Shown here piece after piece: positions 16,443 to 24,291 of a DNA stretch of 42,714 nt. The translations under genes were made by a program, and so were the position numbers. Under the pieces are notes generated by a model, which saw only the letters and a list, made by a program, of their open reading frames with translations, was not told the DNA's origin and made no database searches. Where the stretch lies: positions 13,867 through 56,580 of the forward strand of contig CAYGFD010000001.1 of the NCBI GenBank assembly GCA_964349095.1. The letters are read 5' to 3'. Within the stretch, counting starts at the first letter, position 1. Each line of letters opens with the position of its first letter. Source of the stretch: an uncultured Gammaproteobacteria bacterium (lineage in GTDB: Bacteria > Patescibacteriota > Patescibacteriia > Veblenbacterales > UBA10138).

Positions 16443-18344
16443 ATGTCGAAAATATTAGGTATAGATTTAGGAACAACTAACTCATGTATGGCGGTGATGG
16501 AGGGTGGCTCGCCTAAGGTATTGGAAAATAAAGAGGGCGCGAGAACCACGCCGTCAATGGTGGCTATGACTAAGGCCAATGAGCGATTAGTTGGATTATT
16601 AGCCAAAAGGCAAGCGGTTACTAACCCTACCAACACTTTATATTCATTAAAGCGCTTAATCGGTCGTCGCTGGGATGATCCTGAAGTTCAGCGCGATTTG
16701 AAAGTTTTGCCATTTAAAATGAATAAGTCCGGAGATGGTGTAAAAGTGGAAATGGGTGGAAAAGACTATAGTCCACAAGAAATTTCAGCTATGGTTTTAC
16801 AAAAACTTAAGGCCGACGCGGAAGAAAAGTTGGGTGAGAAAATTACCGAGGCTATCATAACCGTGCCAGCTTATTTTGATGACTCACAAAGACAAGCTAC
16901 TAAGGACGCTGGTGAAATCGCCGGGCTTACTGTTAAACGCATAATAAATGAGCCGACGGCAGCAGCTCTGGCCTATGGTTTTGACAAGAAAAAAGATCAA
17001 AAGATCGCTGTTTATGATTTAGGTGGTGGGACTTTTGATATTTCTATATTAGAAATATCGGCTGATACCGTGGAGGTTAAATCAACAAATGGTGACACTC
17101 ACTTGGGTGGTGATGATTTTGATCAACGTTTAATTGGTTGGGTAGTTGATGAATTTAAGAAGGACCAAGGAATCGACCTATCAAAGGATCCGTTGGCCTT
17201 ACAAAGAATTAAAGAAGCTTCAGAAAAAGCCAAGATAGAGCTTTCGACTGCGTCAGAAACAGAAATAAATCAGCCCTTTATTACTTCGGATGCATCTGGT
17301 CCAAAACACATGCTAATAAAATTATCTCGTTCCAAAATGGAAGAGATAGTAGGGGATTTAGTTGAAAAAACCTTGGAACCAGTAAAAAAAGCTTTGTCTG
17401 ATTCTGGTTTATCCACCAAAGAAATTGATGAAGTAGTAATGGTTGGGGGTATGACTCGTATGCCTTTAGTTTTACAAACTGTTGAAAAATTTTTCGGTAA
17501 GAAACCAAACGTATCAGTTAATCCCGACGAGGTAGTGGCTATTGGTGCGGCAGTACAAGCCGGAGTATTGCAGGGCGAAGTTAAGGATGTATTGCTACTT
17601 GATGTGACACCGCTATCACTCGGCCTTGAAACCTTAGGTGGTGTTTCCACTAAACTTATTGATAGGAATACAACAATACCTACTTCTAAATCACAAGTAT
17701 TTTCTACTGCAGCTGATAGTCAAACGTCCGTTGAAATTCATATTCTTCAAGGCGAAAGAGAATTTGCTCGCGATAACAAGACTTTAGGTAGATTTATTCT
17801 GGACGGTATTCCGCCAGCACCGCGCGGCATGCCCCAAGTGGAAGTGACTTTTGATATTGATGCCAATGGTATATTGAATGTGAAAGCCAAGGATAAAGCG
17901 ACTAATAAAGAGCAACACATAACAATTACGGCTTCAACAGGACTATCTAAAGACGAGGTAGAGAAAATGAAGAAAGAGGCTGAAATTCATGCAGCCGAAG
18001 ATAAGAAGCGCCGTGAATCAGTTGATGTAAAAAATCAAGCTGAGAGTGTGCTTTATCAAACGGAGAAAATGTTAAAAGATCAGGGCGATAAGGTGCCAGC
18101 CGATGTTAAAAAGACAGTTGAGGAAAAGTTGGAAGACTTACGTAAAGCAAAAGATGGTGAAGATTCCGAGGCCACTAAAAAGGCGCTTGATGAATTAAAC
18201 CAAGCGGCTATGAAAATAGGGGAAGCGATGTATAAAGCCCAAGGTCAATCTGCACCTCAAGGTGATGGCACAGATAAAGCTGGTGGCGAGCCAAGTAAGT
18301 CAGAAGGCCCGGTGGAGGGTGAAGTAGAGGATGTTAAGAAGTAA
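16443..18344 (+). CDS. dnaK: Molecular chaperone DnaK (Hsp70)
   Basis: [31 protein letters not shown] and other canonical Hsp70 motifs. 633 aa. Confidence 0.98.
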   Translation: MSKILGIDLGTTNSCMAVMEGGSPKVLENKEGARTTPSMVAMTKANERLVGLLAKRQAVTNPTNTLYSLKRLIGRRWDDPEVQRDLKVLPFKMNKSGDGVKVEMGGKDYSPQEISAMVLQKLKADAEEKLGEKITEAIITVPAYFDDSQRQATKDAGEIAGLTVKRIINEPTAAALAYGFDKKKDQKIAVYDLGGGTFDISILEISADTVEVKSTNGDTHLGGDDFDQRLIGWVVDEFKKDQGIDLSKDPLALQRIKEASEKAKIELSTASETEINQPFITSDASGPKHMLIKLSRSKMEEIVGDLVEKTLEPVKKALSDSGLSTKEIDEVVMVGGMTRMPLVLQTVEKFFGKKPNVSVNPDEVVAIGAAVQAGVLQGEVKDVLLLDVTPLSLGLETLGGVSTKLIDRNTTIPTSKSQVFSTAADSQTSVEIHILQGEREFARDNKTLGRFILDGIPPAPRGMPQVEVTFDIDANGILNVKAKDKATNKEQHITITASTGLSKDEVEKMKKEAEIHAAEDKKRRESVDVKNQAESVLYQTEKMLKDQGDKVPADVKKTVEEKLEDLRKAKDGEDSEATKKALDELNQAAMKIGEAMYKAQGQSAPQGDGTDKAGGEPSKSEGPVEGEVEDVKK

Positions 18345-18365
18345 TTAATATTTATATTTATTCAT

Positions 18366-18656
18366 ATGTCACAACAACAACCACAACAAATTCAAGTTAA
18401 GATTCCAGACGATGTTTTAAAAGGTGTGTATGCTAATCTGGTTCAAATTGCTCACACCAAAGAAGAATTCGTTTTAGACTTTGCTAACGTTATGCCTCCA
18501 CAAGGCATTGTCAATTCCCGAATTTATATTTCACCAGCTCATGCCAAAAGATTGGCTACAGCACTTCTTGATAATATAAAACGTTATGAGTCACAGTTTA
18601 ATAAAATAGAGGAGGGTTTAGCGACGGTACCAGAGGTTGGTTTTAAGACAGAATAA
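18366..18656 (+). CDS. DUF3467-like small protein
   Basis: GVYANLVQIAHTKEEFVLDFANVMPPQ ... ISPAHAKRLATALLDNIKRYESQF resembles the DUF3467 pattern as I remember it. Not verified by search. Confidence 0.6.
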   Translation: MSQQQPQQIQVKIPDDVLKGVYANLVQIAHTKEEFVLDFANVMPPQGIVNSRIYISPAHAKRLATALLDNIKRYESQFNKIEEGLATVPEVGFKTE

Positions 18657-18658
18657 CT

Positions 18659-18687
18659 TTGACAAACGGTTATATAAATTATAGCCT
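18659..18687 (+). promoter_or_regulatory. Putative promoter of a GC-rich cassette (TTGACA, -10 TATAGC/TAGCCT)
   Basis: TTGACA 18659-18664 begins 3 nt after the DUF3467 stop. The -10 is ambiguous (15- or 17-nt spacer). Confidence 0.4.
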
Positions 18688-18741
18688 TAAAGCAAATCGT
18701 TCTATTCATTTTCACTAGTATCACAACAATAGGAGCTGAAA

Positions 18742-18951
18742 ATGTCTCATTCTCCAGAGCAACCGTCCCTAGGTCGGGGATCATCTCCGACACCGAATCA
18801 ACAGCGGGAGATGTTTTCTCCCGAAGAAACCACTTTCCGCATTCGTCGCGGCAATGACGTCAAGAGCGGGTGTCGACATCCAGGTTTGTTGAGTGATGAA
18901 GCAATCAAAGCCGTCGTGCATGCGCAGAATGATAGTGATACTATCAAGTGA
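18742..18951 (+). CDS. Hypothetical protein (69 aa), GC-rich ORF between dnaK and dnaJ
   Basis: AGGAG SD at 18731-18735, 6 nt from the ATG. Own promoter-like box and downstream hairpin. I recognise no family. Confidence 0.5.
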   Translation: MSHSPEQPSLGRGSSPTPNQQREMFSPEETTFRIRRGNDVKSGCRHPGLLSDEAIKAVVHAQNDSDTIK

Positions 18952-18964
18952 AACACTTTCTCTA

Positions 18965-19004
18965 AGGCACAAACATTCTTTTTTGAATGCGCGTGCCTTT
19001 TAAT
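18965..19004 (+). terminator. Terminator-like hairpin
   Basis: AAGGCAC (18965-18971) / GTGCCTT (18994-19000), followed by TT-AATTT. The loop is large (22 nt). Confidence 0.45.
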
Positions 19005-19012
19005 TTAAAATC

Positions 19013-20137
19013 ATGTCCAAAGATTACTATCAAGTATTGGGTGTAGCTAAGTCAGCTAGTCAAGACGAAGTCAAGAAGGCTTTTCGAAAACTCGCTCACG
19101 AACATCACCCAGATAAACACGGTGGCTCTGATGCTAAGTTTAAAGAAATAAACGAAGCGTATCAGGTTCTTTCTAATCCAGAAAAAAGAAAGCAATATGA
19201 TCAGTTTGGTACTTCCTTTGATTCATCAAGTGGTGCCGGTGGTTTTAACTGGAGTGATTTTCAAAGGCAAGGTGGTTTTGGAGGCTTTCAGTCTGACAAT
19301 GTAAATTTTGAAGACCTGGGAGATATCTTTGGCGGTTTTGGAGATATGTTTGGTTTTGGCGGTGGACGTTCACGTCGCGCTAGTCGCGGTCACGATCTTC
19401 AATTAGAGATGAGTATTGATTTTGAAGAAGCGGTTTTTGGGGTAGTTAAGGATATAAGTTTAGAAAAAAATATTAGTTGCGAAAGGTGTAATGGTTCTGG
19501 CGGTGAACCAGGTTCTAAGGTTGTAAAGTGTAATCAATGTAATGGTCAGGGACAGGTAACTCAAACTCAGAGGACATTTTTAGGTAATATTCAATCGGTG
19601 ACCGTGTGCCCGACGTGTATGGGGGTAGGTAGCAAGCCTGAAAAAAATTGCACGCGGTGCCACGGCGTTGGGCACTATAGAGGTGTAAAAAATATTCAAA
19701 TAAAAATTCCCGCAGGTATTAATAATGGACAGCAAATTAGAATACCATCAGCGGGTGATTTAGGACAAAAAGGTGCGCCGGCAGGAGACCTGCTTATTTA
19801 TATAAAAGTTAAGCCGAGCAAGTTATTTAAGAGAGAGGGTTTTAATTTATATACGGAAAAAGAAATAAGCTTACCGTTAGCGGCGATTGGGGGAAAGGTA
19901 ATAATCAAGACATTAGATGGCGAGGTTACATTAAAAATACCGAGCGGCACGCAAGGTGGTACGGTTTTTAAGATTGCTGATCGTGGTGTACCTCATTTGA
20001 ATTCAACCAAACGAGGTGATATTTTTGTTGAAGTAAAAGTGAAAGTGCCTTCTAAATTAAATAAAAAAGAAAAGGAGATGATGAAGGCCCTGCGATTAGA
20101 AAATGGCGAAACACTGGATGGCGGTTTATTTAGTTAG
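19013..20137 (+). CDS. dnaJ: Molecular chaperone DnaJ
   Basis: J domain with HPD (AHEHHPDKHGG), G/F-rich linker, four CxxCxGxG zinc-finger repeats, C-terminal domains. Confidence 0.97.
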   Translation: MSKDYYQVLGVAKSASQDEVKKAFRKLAHEHHPDKHGGSDAKFKEINEAYQVLSNPEKRKQYDQFGTSFDSSSGAGGFNWSDFQRQGGFGGFQSDNVNFEDLGDIFGGFGDMFGFGGGRSRRASRGHDLQLEMSIDFEEAVFGVVKDISLEKNISCERCNGSGGEPGSKVVKCNQCNGQGQVTQTQRTFLGNIQSVTVCPTCMGVGSKPEKNCTRCHGVGHYRGVKNIQIKIPAGINNGQQIRIPSAGDLGQKGAPAGDLLIYIKVKPSKLFKREGFNLYTEKEISLPLAAIGGKVIIKTLDGEVTLKIPSGTQGGTVFKIADRGVPHLNSTKRGDIFVEVKVKVPSKLNKKEKEMMKALRLENGETLDGGLFS

Positions 20138-20154
20138 GAAATCATAATATTATT

Positions 20155-20177
20155 GACCTAAGCATTTTAGGTTTTTT
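20155..20177 (+). terminator. Intrinsic terminator after dnaJ
   Basis: ACCTAA / TTAGGT stem, 5-nt loop, T6 tract. Confidence 0.7.
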
Positions 20178-20259
20178 TAGCTATCCGAAGTCGTATATTT
20201 CTGCTACCGTTAAAGTAATAAAATCAAAATTATTCTTTGTCAAATTAATCAAGATTAAC

Positions 20260-21117
20260 ATGCTAACACTGGCTGCGATAATAGCGCTTCTTTCCTACCT
20301 CATTATTACGGTAGCGACATCTGGCCACGCAATTAGTGTCACTATTACTCTTTATCTTCATCGTCAACTCACACATGGGTCAGTTAAGTTTAGGAATGGG
20401 CTTACAGTCATTATGCGGTTGTGGATATGGTTACACGCCGGAATTAATCGGTGCCAATGGGTAGCCGTACATGTTTATCATCATATTACTTCTGACACTC
20501 CAGACGACCCGCATTCACCACAACAGTACGGGACATTCTGTGTTCCGCCCGACAATACAATTAAACACAGACCAATCTGGCCGCTGAGACTTATTTGTCC
20601 ACAGGGTTTTGGCCTTTTTTGGACCAATCTCAAACAATATCTAAAAGCTGCTCGAAATCCCGAGATTGTGAATAAGTATGGGCAAATCTCACAAGACTGG
20701 TTAGAGCGTAAAGTGACAGGTAGGCTTTTTTGGTTAGGACCTTTTGTGTTATTGCCGTTACTCCACATCTTCTTGAGCGCCTGCCTATTTTATTTAATAG
20801 GCGTTAGCCTATGGTGGAGCTTGGTAGCCGGTCCTTTAGTGATGATTGGTGTGATTGTCTGGACCATATATAGTCAGGCATTTGTTAATAGTTATGGGCA
20901 TGCGGGCTTAATACGTGATGCACGAACACACGACTACAGTGTAGATATCAGGGGTGGCTGGTTAAAAAACTTGATTCTAAACTGGGTAGTTGTGGGAGAA
21001 CAAATTCACCACGGTCATCATACAAATCAAAAAAAATGGAACTTCGGTAAGGGCGATCTTGGAGGTTTATATATAAAAATATTAGTTCGCCTAGGTTTAG
21101 CGAGCGTGCAACGCTAG
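20260..21117 (+). CDS. Membrane fatty-acid (acyl-CoA/acyl-lipid delta-9-type) desaturase
   Basis: Three histidine boxes in the right order and context: HRQLTH, HVYHHITSDTPDDPHSP, GEQIHHGHH. Hydrophobic segments lie between them. Confidence 0.8.
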   Translation: MLTLAAIIALLSYLIITVATSGHAISVTITLYLHRQLTHGSVKFRNGLTVIMRLWIWLHAGINRCQWVAVHVYHHITSDTPDDPHSPQQYGTFCVPPDNTIKHRPIWPLRLICPQGFGLFWTNLKQYLKAARNPEIVNKYGQISQDWLERKVTGRLFWLGPFVLLPLLHIFLSACLFYLIGVSLWWSLVAGPLVMIGVIVWTIYSQAFVNSYGHAGLIRDARTHDYSVDIRGGWLKNLILNWVVVGEQIHHGHHTNQKKWNFGKGDLGGLYIKILVRLGLASVQR

Positions 21118-21135
21118 TTGCGAAATTGCAATTCA

Positions 21136-21168
21136 CCCTACTCTGATTTAATTGGAGTAGGGTTTTTT
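21136..21168. terminator. Bidirectional intrinsic terminator (desaturase / dus)
   Basis: CCCTACTC / GAGTAGGG stem, 11-nt loop, T-run. The dus stop codon lies at its 3' edge. Confidence 0.75.
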
Positions 21169-22171
21169 ATTTTAATATTGTCTTAACGTCACTCAAAGTC
21201 TTTACCTGTACTAGTTGAGAACGTAATGATGCGGCACCACTAAAACCTTTTACATACCAGGCAAGATGTTTTCTGAGTTCGACTAAACCGTAATCGCCCT
21301 TGAGTTCGAATGTCAGCTGGGCATGTTCAAGCATGACTTTTTTTATTTCTGACCAATCCGGATTAGTATATGAACCAGTTGATAGAAAATCTTTTATTTG
21401 TTTAAAAATCCAAGGTTTTCCCCAAGACCCCCTGGCAATACCGACACCGTCGGCGCCGGTTTCATTTAAAATCTCTTGAGCTTTTTCAGGTGTATAAATA
21501 CCACCGTTGGCAATCAAAATTTTTGGCCAAATTTTTCTGATTTCGCTTATGATATTAACATTTGGTTCGCCATCAAAAGGTTGTTCAAAACTACGGGCAT
21601 GAATCATAATCGATGATGCTGGTAAGTCCTTCACTTTATTAACCAAGTCAACCGCTGTCACCATATCAACTGGACATTCATAATCATCAAGTTCGTCCTC
21701 GCCTTCGATTTTATCTTTAGTGCCATGGCCTTTCCTGATGCTTGCACGCATTTTGATTGATACTGGTAAGTTGGTTCCACGACAAGTGGCGTCGACTATT
21801 TCACGGCAAAGATTTAGGTTCTTCATTAAACTTACCCCACCGCCGTGTTTAACAACTTTGTAGGCGGGACAGCCAAAATTTATATCCACACCAGCAAATC
21901 CCATTTGCTCTAGTATTTTACTTGCTTTAAAAAACATTTCTGGGTCTCTACCAAATATTTGGCACACGACCGGTTGCTCTTTAGGCTCAAAACTAATTAA
22001 ATCTTTTGTTTTGGCGTTTTCGTAAACTAAAGCATTGGCTGACGCAAATTCAGTGTAAATAACGTCAGCACCATAAGCTTTACACATTTGTCGAAATGGT
22101 GTGTCCGTAACACCGGCCATGGGGGCGAGTGTGACAAAAGGTTTATTAAGTTTTTCCCAAAAATTATTCAT
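21167..22171 (-). CDS. tRNA-dihydrouridine synthase (Dus family)
   Basis: LAPMAGVTDTPFR, DINFGCP, catalytic-region and TIM-barrel FMN motifs typical of Dus. 334 aa. Confidence 0.9.
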   Translation of the reverse strand: MNNFWEKLNKPFVTLAPMAGVTDTPFRQMCKAYGADVIYTEFASANALVYENAKTKDLISFEPKEQPVVCQIFGRDPEMFFKASKILEQMGFAGVDINFGCPAYKVVKHGGGVSLMKNLNLCREIVDATCRGTNLPVSIKMRASIRKGHGTKDKIEGEDELDDYECPVDMVTAVDLVNKVKDLPASSIMIHARSFEQPFDGEPNVNIISEIRKIWPKILIANGGIYTPEKAQEILNETGADGVGIARGSWGKPWIFKQIKDFLSTGSYTNPDWSEIKKVMLEHAQLTFELKGDYGLVELRKHLAWYVKGFSGAASLRSQLVQVKTLSDVKTILK

Positions 22172-22205
22172 AAATCAGACTATATTCTAGTAGGATTATA
22201 GTTTC

Positions 22206-22234
22206 TTGACAAGCATTACTTTAAAGGGTAGTTT
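22206..22234 (+). promoter_or_regulatory. Putative promoter, micro-cassette A (TTGACA-17-TAGTTT)
   Basis: TTGACA 22206-22211, 17-nt spacer, TAGTTT 22229-22234. 79 nt from the -35 start to the ATG. Confidence 0.5.
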
Positions 22235-22284
22235 TGAATCATAATCGTTCTTTCACTTTCTCCTAACACTCACTAGGAGGTTAT

Positions 22285-22443
22285 ATGGATCAAACAACTC
22301 TAACTCACTTTTTTCGTTTTTGTTTGGATGTAATTACAGTTGGCGGCGTTGTCCTCTTCGGATGCGCATATTTATTCACTCAGAATGCGAGGGATCGCCG
22401 GCGTCGGCTAGCCGCTGCTTGCCTCAACGAAAACGAGAATTGA
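22285..22443 (+). CDS. Candidate 52-aa single-TM mini-protein (not in the ORF track)
   Basis: AGGAGG SD at 22275-22280. MDQTTLTHFFRFCLDVITVGGVVLFGCAYLFTQNARDRRRRLAAACLNENEN is one TM helix followed by an Arg cluster. Own terminator. Confidence 0.5.
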   Translation: MDQTTLTHFFRFCLDVITVGGVVLFGCAYLFTQNARDRRRRLAAACLNENEN

Positions 22444-22462
22444 CAATGAGTCTCGATCTTTG

Positions 22463-22490
22463 AAAAAACCCGATTGCGACGGGTTTTTTT
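22463..22490 (+). terminator. Intrinsic terminator of cassette A
   Basis: ACCCG / CGGGT stem, 7-nt loop, T7 tract. Confidence 0.8.
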
Positions 22491-22491
22491 A

Positions 22492-22520
22492 TTGACATTT
22501 ATAAATGATAGGAATAAAGT
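22492..22520 (+). promoter_or_regulatory. Putative promoter, micro-cassette B (TTGACA-17-TAAAGT)
   Basis: TTGACA 22492-22497 starts 2 nt after the preceding T-tract. 79 nt from the -35 start to the ATG. Confidence 0.5.
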
Positions 22521-22570
22521 TTTATTAAATGTACCTTAATTTAATTCATCACTTACTCACAGGAGGAGTT

Positions 22571-22711
22571 ATGGATGAAAAAAATACCCCTTTCGGTACC
22601 TTTATTTTTTATGCTGTTCTGGCAGTAGCATGCGCCGTTGGTTTCTTTGTAATCAAAAAACAGATGGATGAGCTTGATTGCCCCTACCAAGAGGAAGAAA
22701 TCGGTATTTAG
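22571..22711 (+). CDS. Candidate 46-aa single-TM mini-protein
   Basis: GGAGGAG SD at 22562-22568. MDEKNTPFGTFIFYAVLAVACAVGFFVIKKQMDELDCPYQEEEIGI. ATG 22571 is preferred over the track start at 22529. Confidence 0.5.
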   Translation: MDEKNTPFGTFIFYAVLAVACAVGFFVIKKQMDELDCPYQEEEIGI

Positions 22712-22718
22712 TCTCGGA

Positions 22719-22750
22719 AAACCCATTGAAAATTTTAATGGGTTTTTTTA
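22719..22750. terminator. Intrinsic terminator of cassette B, overlapping the cysS stop codon
   Basis: AACCCATT / AATGGGTT stem, 9-nt loop, T7 tract. Confidence 0.8.
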
Positions 22751-24184
22751 TTTTCTTGCCTTAACAATTGGTCCTGAATCCGCGTCTTCAACTCTAAAAC
22801 CAGCATCCTCAATTTGTTGTCTAAATTTGTCAGCACCAATCCAATCCCGATCTTTTCTAGCAATCTCTCTGTGTTTGACCAGCTCCATTACTTTTGTGGG
22901 AATACTGACTGCCTTAAAATTTTCCATGCCGAGTCCGAGTATTTTATCAAAATTCATTATTAATTCGCGTTTGACGGAATCATCAATATTTGACTTTAGC
23001 ACCTCCCAGAGTACAGCTAGGCCAGCCGAAGTATTTAAATCATCATTGAGCGCCTGCATAAATTTTTCTTGATAAGTTTCTTGCTCTGGGGTTAGCTTGC
23101 CAAAGTTGATAGGCATTGAGATGAGGGGGCGTTGTAGACTGAGAATTTTATCCTTAAGATTGTTATATCCTTCTTGCGCAGCAGCTAAAGAATCCCAACT
23201 AAATTTGAGAGGGGAGCGGTAGTGGGCATTTAAGATTAGGAATCTATAAGCCAACGGGCTGAAACCTTTATCTTTAATGGATTGTAGTGTGAGAAAATTA
23301 TCTTCTGATTTAGACATTTTACCGCTGTCCACGTTTAAAAATTCACCATGCAACCAAAAACGGACAAATTGTTTTCCGGTTGCTCCTTCACTTTGTGCTA
23401 TTTCGTTGGTGTGATGCACAGAGATATGATCGACGCCGCCGCAATGTATATCAATAGTGTCGCCAAGAGTGTTCATTGCCATAGCACTGCACTCGACGTG
23501 CCAACCGGGAAATCCTTCATCCCAAGGTGAGGGCCAGTGCAAAATGTGATTCTTAAAACGGCCAGATAATTTAAACCATAAAGCAAAATCAGCTGGATGT
23601 TTTTTTTGACTATCTACCACCACTTCTTCACGGGCGCCAACTGATTTGTCATCTAAATTTTGTCCAGATAGCTTGGTGTAATTTGGAAATTTACTCACAT
23701 TAAAGTAAACAGCCTGGTTAGTTTCGTAGGTAAAGCCATTAGCTTCAAGCCTTTTTATCAATTCGATTTGCTCCTTAATGTATTTAGTTGCTGGAGTCCA
23801 TTTATCTGGTTTTAAAATGTTTAATTCCTTTACATTATCTTTAAAAATTTTAGTATAAAAATCCGACAATTCTTGAATGGTTTTACCGCTCTTAGCCGCA
23901 CCTTTTTCCATCTTATCTTCGCCGACATCACCGTCGCTTGTTAAGTGACCGACATCTGTTATGTTCATCACGTGTTTAACATCAAAATTATTGGCCATTA
24001 AGGTGCGTTTTAAAATGTCTTCGAAAATATAGGTGCGTAGATTACCAATATGGGGATAATCATAAACCGTTGGTCCGCAGGTATATAAAGAAACGCTTGG
24101 TTTCTGAAACCAAAGTTTAGAAGGGTGTTGCGGCGTAAACTCCTCTTTTTGTCGGGAGATAGTATTAAATAGATACAACTTCAT
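22748..24184 (-). CDS. cysS: Cysteine--tRNA ligase
   Basis: Class I signatures HIGN (YPHIGNLR) and KMSKS, plus the CysRS Zn-site context (CGPTVY, HVEC). Confidence 0.97.
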   Translation of the reverse strand: MKLYLFNTISRQKEEFTPQHPSKLWFQKPSVSLYTCGPTVYDYPHIGNLRTYIFEDILKRTLMANNFDVKHVMNITDVGHLTSDGDVGEDKMEKGAAKSGKTIQELSDFYTKIFKDNVKELNILKPDKWTPATKYIKEQIELIKRLEANGFTYETNQAVYFNVSKFPNYTKLSGQNLDDKSVGAREEVVVDSQKKHPADFALWFKLSGRFKNHILHWPSPWDEGFPGWHVECSAMAMNTLGDTIDIHCGGVDHISVHHTNEIAQSEGATGKQFVRFWLHGEFLNVDSGKMSKSEDNFLTLQSIKDKGFSPLAYRFLILNAHYRSPLKFSWDSLAAAQEGYNNLKDKILSLQRPLISMPINFGKLTPEQETYQEKFMQALNDDLNTSAGLAVLWEVLKSNIDDSVKRELIMNFDKILGLGMENFKAVSIPTKVMELVKHREIARKDRDWIGADKFRQQIEDAGFRVEDADSGPIVKARK

Positions 24185-24212
24185 AACATCATTTTACTCC
24201 GCTTTTAATGGT

Positions 24213-24241
24213 TTGACAAAAACGATTTAATAACTTAACAT
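24213..24241 (+). promoter_or_regulatory. Putative promoter, micro-cassette C (TTGACA-17-TAACAT)
   Basis: TTGACA 24213-24218, 17-nt spacer, TAACAT 24236-24241. 79 nt from the -35 start to the ATG. Confidence 0.45.
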
Positions 24242-24291
24242 AAGCAATTAAACAGACAAAAAATCGCTCATTCATTCAATCATGGTGCGGA

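Noticed and set aside
17270-17650. 126-aa and 75-aa minus-strand ORFs inside dnaK
   Set aside because: They are antisense to an unambiguous Hsp70 gene. The same reasoning applies to the other antisense ORFs in the track: 139-363, 2250-2450, 3108-3380, 4777-4989, 7505-7810, 8642-8830, 9788-9979, 10041-10250, 10410-10700, 11348-11578, 12801-13109, 14394-14582, 16427-16636, 20481-20768, 20948-21136, 23348-23530, 26012-26206, 27472-27910, 29164-29394, 31761-31970, 32592-32906, 33672-34243, 34920-35225, 36211-37002, 38138-38356, 39405-39638 and 39862-40050.
18584-18972. Minus-strand ORFs 18584-18793 and 18781-18972 opposite the DUF3467 end and the GC-rich 69-aa ORF
   Set aside because: There is no promoter or SD on the minus strand. 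The plus-strand ORF has a TTGACA box, an AGGAG SD and a downstream hairpin.
22668-23072. 134-aa plus-strand ORF
   Set aside because: It lies antisense within cysS, which is identified by HIGN and KMSKS, and it starts inside the cassette B terminator region. It is a shadow ORF.
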